From: a virus
Length of the DNA: 64,000 bases
Virus record (IMG/VR): IMGVR_UViG_3300032893_000001
Coordinates: 120,954-184,953 of that record
Reading direction: 5' to 3' (one strand)
Positions 1 through 8,655 of the stretch are shown here, in pieces. The notes under the pieces were generated by a model. The model saw only the letters and a list, made by a program, of their open reading frames with translations. It ran no database searches and was not told where the DNA came from. A program made the position numbers and the translations under genes. The number at the start of each line of letters is the position of its first letter. The stretch's first letter is position 1.

Positions 1-284
1 GTTCGTCCACGCTTGCTCTCCTTCATCGGTTTGCTGGTCGCGTAGTCCGGGCCGAGCTGCTTGTTGAACTGCTTCAAGCAGTCCTGGCAGAGCGACATGC
101 TTCCGACCTGCCCGTCCTTGCCCGGTTTGTTCTCGGTCACGATGCACACCGGCTTGTTCGTGCAGCGCTCCATGGTCCCGACGGATGGACCACCGAGCGT
201 CATGAAGTTGGTATCGACCGGCTTCTCGGCCTGGCACTGATTCACGTCAGGCGGCGTGAGCTTCTTCTTCTTCTTCGTTGCCAT
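1..284 (-). CDS. hypothetical protein (runs off window start)
   Basis: ATG at 284 overlaps upstream TGA; reads MATKKKKKLTPPDVNQCQAEK... open to position 1. Confidence 0.7.
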   Translation of the reverse strand, partial: MATKKKKKLTPPDVNQCQAEKPVDTNFMTLGGPSVGTMERCTNKPVCIVTENKPGKDGQVGSMSLCQDCLKQFNKQLGPDYATSKPMKESKRGR

Positions 285-877
285 CACGTCCTCTTCTTGT
301 CGTAGTGCTCGCGCACCAGTTGCTGTTCGGTCTTGCCGAGGACTTCGCAGATCTCCTTGCGAAGACCAGAGCTCATGTCGCACGAAGCGACGTCGACGAT
401 GACTCGAGCGAGAAGCTCGTGGTCTCGATCGCGCCTTCCCAGATCTTCTTCGTGCGCCCGCCTGAGCGAATCGTTGCGATCGTACGCTTCGTCGCGATGC
501 ACCCGAACCTCGCGTACGAGATTCACCAGCTCGGTCACGGCCTCTTCGCACGTTTGGGTCTCGAGCGTGAGATCGTCCGCTGCCTTGAGCGCGCGCCTTC
601 GATCGTCGCGGAGATTCTCGAAGGAGGAGATGAGCAGCATGTGCAGATCCCACAGCGTGTTCGGCGTTCCCACCGGCGTGTCTTCCTGACCAGGAAAGAG
701 CGTCTTGATCAAGCGCTCCCGCATCTCGAGCGCCATCGTTTGCGGGACGTAGCTGAGCTCTAGCTGCTTGACGCGCTGAAGCAGGGCCAGATGTTTGCGG
801 ACGAGCGACGGAAGCATGCTCCCGAACAACCCGTCCTTGTCCTTGTAGCGCTCGAGTGCCTTCTCGTCCCACTCCAT
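284..877 (-). CDS. hypothetical coiled-coil protein
   Basis: 197-aa ORF, GGAGG RBS, coupled to neighbours. Confidence 0.75.
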   Translation of the reverse strand: MEWDEKALERYKDKDGLFGSMLPSLVRKHLALLQRVKQLELSYVPQTMALEMRERLIKTLFPGQEDTPVGTPNTLWDLHMLLISSFENLRDDRRRALKAADDLTLETQTCEEAVTELVNLVREVRVHRDEAYDRNDSLRRAHEEDLGRRDRDHELLARVIVDVASCDMSSGLRKEICEVLGKTEQQLVREHYDKKRT

Positions 878-1147
878 CTAGCCCTCCTTCTCGTCGCCGT
901 TGCTCCACCCAGCGTTCGTGTCGTTGGTCACGTACACCGTGAGGTCCTCGTAATCGACGAACTCGGTGTTCTCGAAGAGCAACTTGTACAGCGCCTTCGA
1001 GACTTCACGATTCGACTTGAGCCCGCTATCCAATGGGAAGAAGTCGAACTCGATGGAGACTCGGAACTGGGTGGGCTCGGGATCGTGCGCGATGATCTTC
1101 GCGCTCTTCTTGCCTCTCGATCCCGCCTTCTTCACGGTCTTCTTCAT
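878..1147 (-). CDS. hypothetical protein
   Basis: 89-aa ORF, RBS, ATGA overlap. Confidence 0.7.
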   Translation of the reverse strand: MKKTVKKAGSRGKKSAKIIAHDPEPTQFRVSIEFDFFPLDSGLKSNREVSKALYKLLFENTEFVDYEDLTVYVTNDTNAGWSNGDEKEG

Positions 1148-1461
1148 GTCTTCTCCTCATCGAGCTTGGGAAAGAATCCGAACGCGCGCAGGTCTGTTCC
1201 TGGCTTGCAGGGCTGCCCCCACTTGGTTCGGTGCGGCAGTTCGGCCGGCAGCTTCTCGGGCATCGTCTCCGACACCGACCAGACCTTGCGCTGGTAGATG
1301 ACGACCACACCCTCCCAGCCGTAATAGACGCCGTCGTCGAGGTAGTCCACGCCGTCATCAACGGAGTCGCCGACCTTGTACTCGTACATGCACGCGCCAA
1401 CCTTTAGCTGCACGCGTACCTTGCCGTCTTCGCTGACGAACTCATCGTACATTCCCATCAC
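1144..1461 (-). CDS. hypothetical protein
   Basis: 105-aa ORF in coupled operon. Confidence 0.7.
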   Translation of the reverse strand: MMGMYDEFVSEDGKVRVQLKVGACMYEYKVGDSVDDGVDYLDDGVYYGWEGVVVIYQRKVWSVSETMPEKLPAELPHRTKWGQPCKPGTDLRAFGFFPKLDEEKT

Positions 1462-1733
1462 TTCTTCTCCTTGAGAGCTGCTCGTTCACGCGGCTGCTCC
1501 TTCTTTTTCTTCATGTACCTTGCGATCGCTCTACGACAAGCAGCGCGACCACCAGTTGGAGTCTTGCTGGTGCCTTTAGCGATCGGAGGTTGACCAACCG
1601 GCTTGACGAACCAACGAGGGTCCTCGAGACCGTAGAACTCGTCGATCACGTACGCATACAGTCCCGACTCCTTGTCGTAGGCGCGCCAGGCAACCGCCTT
1701 GAATCGAATCTCCGCATCGAACTGATTCGCCAT
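1458..1733 (-). CDS. hypothetical protein
   Basis: 91-aa ORF, GGAGG RBS, directly downstream of promoter at 1764-1792. Confidence 0.75.
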   Translation of the reverse strand: MANQFDAEIRFKAVAWRAYDKESGLYAYVIDEFYGLEDPRWFVKPVGQPPIAKGTSKTPTGGRAACRRAIARYMKKKKEQPRERAALKEKK

Positions 1734-1763
1734 CCGTTCCTCCAGGCAAGATACCTACAGCGC

Positions 1764-1792
1764 TCTTATCCCGTTGCCACGCAGATGCTTGC
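1764..1792 (-). promoter_or_regulatory. phage-specific promoter GCAA-N19-ATAAGA
   Basis: ttgc 1789-1792 and tcttat 1764-1769 on + strand, 19-nt spacer; recurs throughout window. Confidence 0.8.
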
Positions 1793-1795
1793 GTC

Positions 1796-1824
1796 GGGGC
1801 TAAGAAGAAGCGCGTTAGCGCTTC
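1796..1824 (-). terminator. hairpin terminator with TTAGCCC tail
   Basis: GAAGCGC-TAAC-GCGCTTC then TTCTTAGCCCC on minus strand. Confidence 0.65.
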
Positions 1825-1973
1825 TCCAGGTATTCGCCGATCTTGTCGAGCATCGCGAACCACGATGCCTCCATCCACATGAGGAAGGAGGGCGCGTACG
1901 TGTTTTTCTTGAAGAGCACCTTCCAGGTGTACCTCGCGTTCAGGCTCTTCTCGAAGTCGGGATCGAGCTTCAT
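1815..1973 (-). CDS. small hypothetical protein (52 aa)
   Basis: MKLDPDFEKSLNARYTWK..., ATGA overlap with upstream gene; below ORF-track cutoff. Confidence 0.6.
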   Translation of the reverse strand: MKLDPDFEKSLNARYTWKVLFKKNTYAPSFLMWMEASWFAMLDKIGEYLEKR

Positions 1974-2551
1974 CCGCTTGCTCCTTCTGCTGACTTCTTC
2001 GCGTCCCAGTCGGCAACTGCTTGGCGCATTGCTTCGATGTCACGCTCGAGGAAGCGAATGGACACCGGACCTGCCGGCATCTCGAGAACGACGTGCTCTG
2101 CGGTCAGATCTCCCTTGCCGCCGAGCCGCTTGAACTCCTGCATCGCGAGCTCTCGCCCCAGGTAGTAGTACGAGCGCTCCGCGAACGTCTTCGACTTGCG
2201 CGCGAGGATGTCGTAGCCGTGGATGAGCGCGACCTGGTGGTGTACGAGTGCGTCGGTCGTGGGTGAGGGCTCGACCTCTCTCGCGGTACTCTTGACGGGA
2301 GGTGCTTCTTCGACGAGATCGAGCTTGAGCACGAGACGCAGCTTCACCGTCCACTCGTGCGCGCAGTGCTCGCAGTACAGACCGTGCTCGAACACCTCGT
2401 TCGCCATCGGGTAGCTCAAGTAGTTCTCGCGGCTGAAGTCCTCCACGACGGTGCCGTCGCACTTCGGGCACTTGCCCTCGAGCGACACGCCCGGCAGGTA
2501 GAACCGCTTCACGTCGACCTCGAAGGTCTCTTCGTTGCTTACGATCTTCAT
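1970..2551 (-). CDS. zinc-ribbon hypothetical protein
   Basis: CPKC...CEHC pairs. Confidence 0.7.
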   Translation of the reverse strand: MKIVSNEETFEVDVKRFYLPGVSLEGKCPKCDGTVVEDFSRENYLSYPMANEVFEHGLYCEHCAHEWTVKLRLVLKLDLVEEAPPVKSTAREVEPSPTTDALVHHQVALIHGYDILARKSKTFAERSYYYLGRELAMQEFKRLGGKGDLTAEHVVLEMPAGPVSIRFLERDIEAMRQAVADWDAKKSAEGASG

Positions 2552-2555
2552 GGCC

Positions 2556-2735
2556 TCACTCCTTCAACAGCTTCTTGAGCTGCTCGATCGTGATGAAATC
2601 AGCTCGCGACCCGCTGCCCCAGCACGAGCCGCAGAGCATCCCCTTGCGGATGACTCCCTCGCCGTCGCACCGCGCGCACTGAAGGCGCACCCGAGCATGC
2701 CGCACGCGAGGCAGGTCGTCGTCACTCACCGCCAT
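2556..2735 (-). CDS. small DnaJ-type zinc-finger protein
   Basis: CARCDGEG and CGSCWGSG (CxxCxGxG x2); start after AAGGAGG. Confidence 0.7.
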   Translation of the reverse strand: MAVSDDDLPRVRHARVRLQCARCDGEGVIRKGMLCGSCWGSGSRADFITIEQLKKLLKE

Positions 2736-2779
2736 CGAAACCTCCTTCCTTTTTTGATTCTTCCATCTCTTTTTCCACC

Positions 2780-2860
2780 CCCGAAGTGATCTTCCTCCCT
2801 CTTCGGGTGCTCTTCGGGTACTTCGGGTAGCCACACCCGAAGACCACCCGAAGATACCCG
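2780..2860. repeat. array of CTTCGGGT direct and inverted repeats
   Basis: cttcgggt at 2801, 2812, 2821; acccgaag at 2835, 2846; partial copies at 2780 and 2856. Confidence 0.8.
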
Positions 2861-2862
2861 CA

Positions 2863-3192
2863 TCACCGCTTCGAACACGTCGCCTCGTGCATGTGCGCCT
2901 TGCCGGCGTGCACCATCCGCCCACACTCGGGGCACGGACCGCAGTCCGGGCACCGCCGCTGCCGTCTCCAGCCCTCTTGGGGAGCGTCCAGGGCGTTGCG
3001 GACGTCGGCGGTCGAAAAGCGCACCCTGGCGCCAAGGAAGGGACCCTGAGTGACCTCCACGATGGCGTTCGGAGCTCCGGTGACGGGGTTGGGCTCCTCG
3101 TGGACGAAGCGGTACCCGTCCGCCCAGGTTTTCAAGGGGGCGCTTCCCCCCGCCCACACGATCTGCACCTCCACCGGTGTCCCCGGCGTCAT
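2863..3192 (-). CDS. hypothetical protein with C-terminal Cys/His cluster
   Basis: MTPGTPVEVQIVW...CPDCGPCPEC. Confidence 0.65.
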   Translation of the reverse strand: MTPGTPVEVQIVWAGGSAPLKTWADGYRFVHEEPNPVTGAPNAIVEVTQGPFLGARVRFSTADVRNALDAPQEGWRRQRRCPDCGPCPECGRMVHAGKAHMHEATCSKR

Positions 3193-3722
3193 CCCGCCGC
3201 TCCTGTCATTCCCGTCAGCAGTGCCCCCAGCCCCTTCGTCGTCAGCTCGAACGTGTCGTCGGAGCACTTGACCAGGTACCCCACGTCCACCGCGGCGATC
3301 ACCACCTCGACGAACTCCTTCAGCAGGGGCATGTCCTTGGGCGGCTCCGCCAAGTTCAGCGTCGAGAGGAACAGCCCGCGCCACAACAGGTTGTCGAAGA
3401 GCACGCACCACATCCGCCGCGCCGTCTTCGTCGCCAGATGGAACGTCAGCGCCTCGGGGTTCGGGTAGTTCTTCCTCACCCGCTCTTCGCAGATGGCGCA
3501 GAGAGACATGTACCGATCTCCCTCCTGCACGATCGCGTGCACTTCCATCCCGCAGCGCAGAAACTCGTTGGACGTCGACTCTTCGAGGCCAGGGTACTCT
3601 CGAAGTTGAACCGCGTACGACTGGCACCCGAGCAGATCGGGCACGAGCCGATCGCCGATGCACCAGAACCCGTTCTTCTCTTTCACCAACAGTCGCCTGA
3701 AGTCTTTCGCCATGTTCGCCAT
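3189..3722 (-). CDS. hypothetical protein
   Basis: 177 aa, AAGGAGG RBS, downstream of promoter. Confidence 0.75.
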   Translation of the reverse strand: MANMAKDFRRLLVKEKNGFWCIGDRLVPDLLGCQSYAVQLREYPGLEESTSNEFLRCGMEVHAIVQEGDRYMSLCAICEERVRKNYPNPEALTFHLATKTARRMWCVLFDNLLWRGLFLSTLNLAEPPKDMPLLKEFVEVVIAAVDVGYLVKCSDDTFELTTKGLGALLTGMTGAAG

Positions 3723-3757
3723 GGATGCCTCCTTGCGCGGCAGATGCCGCTCAGAAT

Positions 3758-3786
3758 TCTTATCCCGGCTTCAGGCCCGCACTTGC
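3758..3786 (-). promoter_or_regulatory. promoter GCAA-N19-ATAAGA
   Basis: tcttat 3758-3763, ttgc 3783-3786; preceded by hairpin + TTTAGCGCCC. Confidence 0.8.
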
Positions 3787-3815
3787 TCTTCGGGCGCTAA
3801 AGAAAAGAGTGACGG

Positions 3816-4058
3816 TCAGTCGCCCTTTTCTTCCTTCTCGGTCCGCTTGCCGACCACGGTCTCTTGGGGATCGACGAAGGTGTCGACGGAAAGAGGTCGA
3901 TCGCAGTGCGGACATCGCGGCCTTCTCTTGAAGGCCAGGATGACCGTGTAGTTCTCCTTGTACTTCCCACCGACGATCAACAAGAGTGCGGTGAGGATGA
4001 CCATGCCACCGACGACGGCGCACATGAAAGCGACCAGCCCAGACCCAATCGAGCTCAC
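3816..4058 (-). CDS. membrane protein with CxxC
   Basis: N-terminal hydrophobic helix, CPHC. Confidence 0.65.
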   Translation of the reverse strand: MSSIGSGLVAFMCAVVGGMVILTALLLIVGGKYKENYTVILAFKRRPRCPHCDRPLSVDTFVDPQETVVGKRTEKEEKGD

Positions 4059-4381
4059 TTCCTCAACCTAGCGCGAGCCTCTTCGGCTTGTACAGCCATC
4101 CACTCGATCCATCTCTTCGCGTCGCACCGTCGAAGAAACGCTTGGACGTGCCATCCACCGTTCCAGGCAGCCAAAGCGTCCTCTCGTGATGCGAAAGGCC
4201 ATGCAGTGAAGTTTGCGACCCAGACTCGTCGCGCTAGCAGCCCCGTGCTGAGCATCGGCACGATGCACGGACCCAGGAAGTAGTCCGTCGGCCCGACGAT
4301 GTTGCCCACGAAGTCCGGAGTGAAGTACGCGAGGTACTGCTGGCCGGGAGAATCTTTGAACTTCTTGTACGTCCACCCCAT
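4055..4381 (-). CDS. hypothetical protein
   Basis: 108-aa ORF, coupled. Confidence 0.6.
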   Translation of the reverse strand: MGWTYKKFKDSPGQQYLAYFTPDFVGNIVGPTDYFLGPCIVPMLSTGLLARRVWVANFTAWPFASREDALAAWNGGWHVQAFLRRCDAKRWIEWMAVQAEEARARLRK

Positions 4382-4412
4382 TGTTCACCTAGCCTTTCTC
4401 CGCCTTGGACGA

Positions 4413-4625
4413 TCAATCCCTTCTCCGCTTCGCCCAGCCGCGTAGAACAGCGCGGAGTCTTTTGGCGCACTGGACTGCTTCTTTCTTGGTCTCGAAGTAC
4501 ACGAGGTCGGTCTCCCATCCCTGACCGTTCTCGTTGGCGTGCTCGGCCACGACAGTGAACGGCAGCGTGCCGCCTGGGTCGTCGTGAACGACGCGGAACT
4601 TTCCCACGACATTCTTCTTTCCCAT
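4413..4625 (-). CDS. hypothetical protein
   Basis: MGKKNVVGKF..., GGAGG RBS. Confidence 0.6.
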   Translation of the reverse strand: MGKKNVVGKFRVVHDDPGGTLPFTVVAEHANENGQGWETDLVYFETKKEAVQCAKRLRAVLRGWAKRRRD

Positions 4626-4644
4626 CTCTCCTCCTATCGAGCCT

Positions 4645-4905
4645 TCACGCAGGCGCTTTGGCATCGTCGCGTGCACGCGCCTTCTTATCGAGAGCGGCGA
4701 CGAGGCAGACGACCGAACAGAAGTCGCTCACGTTCTGAAGGAAGTCGTTTTCGTAGCTGCTCTTGTTGTACACGCCCGTCGAGCGGCAGACGGAGACTTT
4801 GTGCGTGCCATTGGACGGACTGAGCTGAATCCATCCGCGCTCCTTGCACGGATTCTCCACCACCTTGCCGCAGTGGTCGCACTTCCACATGGTCACTTGT
4901 CCCAT
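4645..4905 (-). CDS. zinc-finger hypothetical protein
   Basis: CDHCGK...DFCSVVC. Confidence 0.7.
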   Translation of the reverse strand: MGQVTMWKCDHCGKVVENPCKERGWIQLSPSNGTHKVSVCRSTGVYNKSSYENDFLQNVSDFCSVVCLVAALDKKARARDDAKAPA

Positions 4906-4984
4906 TGCTTTCTCTCCTTCTGATCGGGCACTCCCACTCGTGCGTGGGCACGCGGCAGGGCTTCCCGGCGCCTCTTGTTCTTGC

Positions 4985-5254
4985 TCATTCGCTCTTGATC
5001 TCTCTGCCGCATCGACGGCACCTCAAGTGCGAATGCGTCATTGTTGGTCGTGCGATAGTCATGCTGCCAGGTGCGTTCAGGTAGAACTCCACCTCGTCGT
5101 GGCCCCACTGCTCGCACGCCTCGACGGCAGAGCGATCGACGAACCCGACAATGGTCTTCAAATCTTCACGGCTGGGAAGAGATCGACCGGACTGCACACC
5201 GACTGCCAGGAGACGAGCGAGTAGCTCGTCACGGAATTTCATCTCGTTGGCCAT
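4985..5254 (-). CDS. hypothetical protein
   Basis: C...H...CRRCG; GGAGG RBS. Confidence 0.65.
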   Translation of the reverse strand: MANEMKFRDELLARLLAVGVQSGRSLPSREDLKTIVGFVDRSAVEACEQWGHDEVEFYLNAPGSMTIARPTMTHSHLRCRRCGREIKSE

Positions 5255-5300
5255 GGGACCCTCCTACTTGACCGCGAAGAGCTTGAAGGCGATCTCGAGA

Positions 5301-5681
5301 TCAATCGCACTCGACATCGTCATCCTCCGGCTCGGCGTCTTTGACTTTCTTGTACGGGCGCATCGCCCTGAACACGAACGCGTCGTAGACCTCTGGCCCT
5401 TGCAGAGTCTGCTCGGTGATTTCGATCTCCTCGCTCGCGTTCTCGTACTGGTACTGGCGCCAAGCGTCGATCGCTTGCTCCCACCTGCGATTGGCGAGAT
5501 GGTCGAGGATCTGCTGCTTGACGGGCTCGTCGTGAATGTCGTCGATCCACGCGCGGATGATGGCGCACGCCTGAAGAACGGCGAGGTTCAGCGTGGTGAA
5601 GGCGAAGAAGTCATGCCCGTATTCGTGCACGTACGTCAGGATGAAGACCGACTCGTTGTCGTCCCGATTCTCTTTGTTCAT
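5301..5681 (-). CDS. hypothetical protein
   Basis: 126-aa acidic ORF. Confidence 0.7.
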   Translation of the reverse strand: MNKENRDDNESVFILTYVHEYGHDFFAFTTLNLAVLQACAIIRAWIDDIHDEPVKQQILDHLANRRWEQAIDAWRQYQYENASEEIEITEQTLQGPEVYDAFVFRAMRPYKKVKDAEPEDDDVECD

Positions 5682-5911
5682 GCTCGCACCCTCGCCTTCT
5701 TCTTGTTCAACCTGGCCTCTCGCTGCTGCGCGTAGAGGGCGTTTCGAATGGCGTTGGTCGCCATTGCGCCCAACGTGGTCACGTAGACATGCCTGCTCCG
5801 AAGCGGACGGATCTCGACCCTGTCGATGTCACGATAGATCGTGACGGTCCCCTCGACATCACCGCCGGCGCTGTCGAGCGGCGCCTTCACTCTGAATCTT
5901 GCAACACTCAT
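5678..5911 (-). CDS. hypothetical protein
   Basis: 77 aa, RBS, downstream of promoter 5928-5956. Confidence 0.7.
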   Translation of the reverse strand: MSVARFRVKAPLDSAGGDVEGTVTIYRDIDRVEIRPLRSRHVYVTTLGAMATNAIRNALYAQQREARLNKKKARVRA

Positions 5912-5927
5912 GGAAAGCCTCCTGCGT

Positions 5928-5956
5928 TCTTATCCCCTCTGGAGGTGCTCGCTTGC
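5928..5956 (-). promoter_or_regulatory. promoter GCAA-N19-ATAAGA
   Basis: tcttat 5928-5933, ttgc 5953-5956. Confidence 0.75.
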
Positions 5957-6349
5957 GTTCGGTTCAGGTCGCTGAAGAACACCGAGATCGAGGTTCACCC
6001 AGCCCTTGAAGACGTACTTCCATCCCGTGCCGTACAAGCCATCCGGCGCTTGCTTCGGCGGCCTCGTGAACGTGCAGTCCTTGCCCACCTTCAGGAAGAT
6101 CACGTGACCGCAGGTAGCGCTGTCGAGCGCCTCATTGCGGTACGCGGCCCAGTTGCCACCACGCTCCTTCATCCTCGCGAGTTGCTGCTCGTCGACAGGC
6201 ACGACCCTCATGTCGTCCTCGTGCACGATCAGCTCTCGATCGCGCACGCGGACCTTGTAGAAACATTCGCGGTCGTAGCTCAAGATCTCCCCTTCGGTCG
6301 CGTTGGGGTCGATCTCGACGAGCACGCCGGGTTGCATCGTTTTCTTCAT
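5930..6349 (-). CDS. hypothetical protein
   Basis: 139 aa, GGAGG RBS. Confidence 0.75.
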   Translation of the reverse strand: MKKTMQPGVLVEIDPNATEGEILSYDRECFYKVRVRDRELIVHEDDMRVVPVDEQQLARMKERGGNWAAYRNEALDSATCGHVIFLKVGKDCTFTRPPKQAPDGLYGTGWKYVFKGWVNLDLGVLQRPEPNASEHLQRG

Positions 6350-6368
6350 GTGTAGCCTCCTCTGCTGT

Positions 6369-6430
6369 TCTTATCTCGGCAGAGGGGCTGTCGTTGCCAG
6401 GGCTAAGAAGAAGGCAACGCCTTCTTCTGA
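6369..6430 (-). promoter_or_regulatory. terminator (hairpin + TTAGCCC) abutting promoter GCAA-N19-ATAAGA
   Basis: tcttat 6369-6374, ttgc 6394-6397, gggctaa and aagaaggc/gccttctt hairpin 6400-6429. Confidence 0.8.
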
Positions 6431-6433
6431 CGA

Positions 6434-6637
6434 CTAGCCGTCGTCCTTGTCCACTTGGTCGATCCCAGCGTGCTTGTAGGAGATCGTGTGAACGATCTCC
6501 CCGTTCTGAACGATGTCGATGATGATGCCCTCCTGCGTCACCGTCACGTGGCGCTCGAGGCCCCCATGCTCGGGGATGATGACCTTCACGTCGTTCAGTA
6601 CCGTGATTCGCTCGAGGCCATCAAGGAGTGCTTCCAC
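6434..6637 (-). CDS. hypothetical protein
   Basis: GTG start after AAGGAG; MEALLDGLERIT... Confidence 0.6.
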   Translation of the reverse strand: MEALLDGLERITVLNDVKVIIPEHGGLERHVTVTQEGIIIDIVQNGEIVHTISYKHAGIDQVDKDDG

Positions 6638-6899
6638 CGTCGTTCTCCTTGGTGGCGTCGGGGAAGAGACGCTCACGAGCAAGCTTCGCCTCCTTGTAGA
6701 GCTTTTCGAAGACCTCCCACGGGAGCACCACCCAATCGTCCGAGTCTTCGTCACCAGGGCACTCGTGCGAAGAGACCGCAACCGTCGACTGATCGCGCAC
6801 CTCGACGTAGAGCCCAGGATTGCCTTGGGTGTCGTCGCCGTGCAAGCGAGCGGTGTAGCGCGTGGAAACGGTCGGCACGTACTTTTCCTTCTCAGCCAT
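6621..6899 (-). CDS. hypothetical protein
   Basis: 92 aa with RBS. Confidence 0.7.
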   Translation of the reverse strand: MAEKEKYVPTVSTRYTARLHGDDTQGNPGLYVEVRDQSTVAVSSHECPGDEDSDDWVVLPWEVFEKLYKEAKLARERLFPDATKENDGGSTP

Positions 6900-7095
6900 G
6901 TTCTTCTCCTACTCCCCACGCAAGGGGAGCGCAGTCCCACTCGTATAGCGCATGGAAGGCCGCGATCGCAGGGTCCATCCCGTTCTTCACGGCTCGATCG
7001 AAGACTTCGAGGCACTCCTCTTCCATGTGTTCACGCTTGGCGTAGCGAACGACGACGTCTCGCCACGTTTCACCTTCTCGACGATCGAGCTCCAC
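6892..7095 (-). CDS. hypothetical protein
   Basis: 67 aa with RBS. Confidence 0.65.
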   Translation of the reverse strand: MELDRREGETWRDVVVRYAKREHMEEECLEVFDRAVKNGMDPAIAAFHALYEWDCAPLAWGVGEEHG

Positions 7096-7567
7096 GCTTC
7101 TTCTCCTTCTTCAACGCCAGTCTATCGGAAGCCTTGACTGCCGCATCGATTACCCACTCGCCCGTGGTCATCGACACGATTTCCTCTCTCGTGACGACGC
7201 AGGCCCCACCGCCGAACTCGCCGACGCGAAGCTTGTCGCAGAACTCAGCCCACTGAATCGTGAAGATGTCTCTGCCATTGGGGCGCATCTTGCGGAAGAA
7301 CTGATGCACGATCTCCGCGATGAGCGCAGGATCAGTGCCCTCGTCCGAAACGAACGTCACCGAGTTGCCTTCGAATTTGTAGTCGAAGCCGCTCTCGAAC
7401 TCCTCGACGATCGCATCGCCGAGCGCCGTTAGCCCTTCGAACGCCGACGGCATGACGTCGCCATCGTACGTCGTGTTGATGTACAAGCAGAGCTCCTTCA
7501 GCCACGCAGCTTCGTCTTCGGAAAGAAGATCGAGCTGCGCAGCGAACTGCAAGTAGTTGTTCGCCAT
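7070..7567 (-). CDS. hypothetical protein
   Basis: MANNYLQF..., AAGGAGG RBS. Confidence 0.75.
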   Translation of the reverse strand: MANNYLQFAAQLDLLSEDEAAWLKELCLYINTTYDGDVMPSAFEGLTALGDAIVEEFESGFDYKFEGNSVTFVSDEGTDPALIAEIVHQFFRKMRPNGRDIFTIQWAEFCDKLRVGEFGGGACVVTREEIVSMTTGEWVIDAAVKASDRLALKKEKKRGARSSRR

Positions 7568-7761
7568 CACGCCTCCTTGTGGTCCGGATTCGTCACCTTC
7601 CCGTCGGGGTGGCGGATGCAGAGACGCAACCGCCAATGGTGCCCCTTCGGGTAGATCGAGAGCAACTCTTCTCGCTCTCGTGCTGCCTTCTTGTACGTCG
7701 GGTAGTCCACGTTCACGTAGACCGTCACCCGCCCTTCTTTTCGGTCGACGATGTGGAACAT
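7567..7761 (-). CDS. hypothetical protein
   Basis: MFHIVDRKEG..., coupled. Confidence 0.55.
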   Translation of the reverse strand: MFHIVDRKEGRVTVYVNVDYPTYKKAAREREELLSIYPKGHHWRLRLCIRHPDGKVTNPDHKEA

Positions 7762-8267
7762 TCGAGATCTTTCTTGAGCAGAGGAACGAGACGGACCATC
7801 GCTTCCTTCACGAAGCGCTCGACCATGTACGGGTGCTTCTCCTCGTACAGCGCGTGCGCCTCGTACTCGTCGATCTTCTCCTGCTTGCTTGCCCATTGAT
7901 GAAACGCCTCCACGGAGTCCTCGATGTCGTATTCGAGCTCGAGCAGCTCGGCTTCCTCTTCGACCTCGGCGATGGTGATCTCTCCGTTCTCCATCATCTC
8001 GTGGAGTCTCGTGTGAATCGCCTTCTTCGTAGCCTCGCCGTCGTACTCTCGTCCGGGTGAGAGCTTGTTGACGAAGTAGTCCCAGTGATTCTCGACGTCG
8101 AGTAGGAACTCGCGGAAGTCCTTCTTGCCGTGATGCGCCCAGAGATAAGCGTAGTTGCCGAAGTCGCTGATCGACGAGAAGTAGCCGTCCGAACCAAGCA
8201 CGAAGATTGCCCAACCCGAGCCCTTGATGCTGGGCAACGAGTACCGCCACAGTTTGACGTCAGCCAT
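7725..8267 (-). CDS. hypothetical protein
   Basis: 180 aa; SISDFGNYAYLW motif typical of phage accessory proteins. Confidence 0.75.
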   Translation of the reverse strand: MADVKLWRYSLPSIKGSGWAIFVLGSDGYFSSISDFGNYAYLWAHHGKKDFREFLLDVENHWDYFVNKLSPGREYDGEATKKAIHTRLHEMMENGEITIAEVEEEAELLELEYDIEDSVEAFHQWASKQEKIDEYEAHALYEEKHPYMVERFVKEAMVRLVPLLKKDLECSTSSTEKKGG

Positions 8268-8571
8268 CGTCGCCCTCCCTCGTCGTCGGCATGTTGACCT
8301 TCTTCATGTCCTCGATCGTGGCCGACATCGCGGCCCAGATCGCTCCCTGCACGAAACCGAGCCACCGCATCGCCTTCTCGATACGGTTCTCGTCGACGAG
8401 CTTCTTACCCTCTTCGCACATCCAGAGGGCGTGCTCGAGGATCTCCTCTTCGTCCTGCGCGGTCCTGTCGGCGGGACAGCGCTGCGGCACGAGTTTGTAG
8501 AAGTCCCCCGCGTCGTCGAGGATCATCTTGGTGCAGGCGTCGAACGCTTGTTTCACTTTCTTCGGTGTCAT
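8260..8571 (-). CDS. hypothetical protein
   Basis: HALWMC...EKAMRWLGFVQG motif; AAGGAGG RBS. Confidence 0.75.
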   Translation of the reverse strand: MTPKKVKQAFDACTKMILDDAGDFYKLVPQRCPADRTAQDEEEILEHALWMCEEGKKLVDENRIEKAMRWLGFVQGAIWAAMSATIEDMKKVNMPTTREGDDG

Positions 8572-8590
8572 GGCGCACCTCCTTCAAAGT

Positions 8591-8650
8591 TCTTATCCCA
8601 GGTCGTCGCGGATCGTTGCGGGGCTAAGAAGAAGGCTTGCGCCTTCTTCC
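8591..8650 (-). promoter_or_regulatory. terminator (GAAGAAGGC-GCAA-GCCTTCTTC + TTAGCCC) abutting promoter
   Basis: tcttat 8591-8596, ttgc 8616-8619, hairpin 8628-8649. Confidence 0.8.
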
Positions 8651-8655
8651 CCTCC

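Noticed and set aside
4683-4711. TCTTAT at 4683 as another promoter copy
   Set aside because: No TTGC at the 19-nt spacing and lies within a CDS
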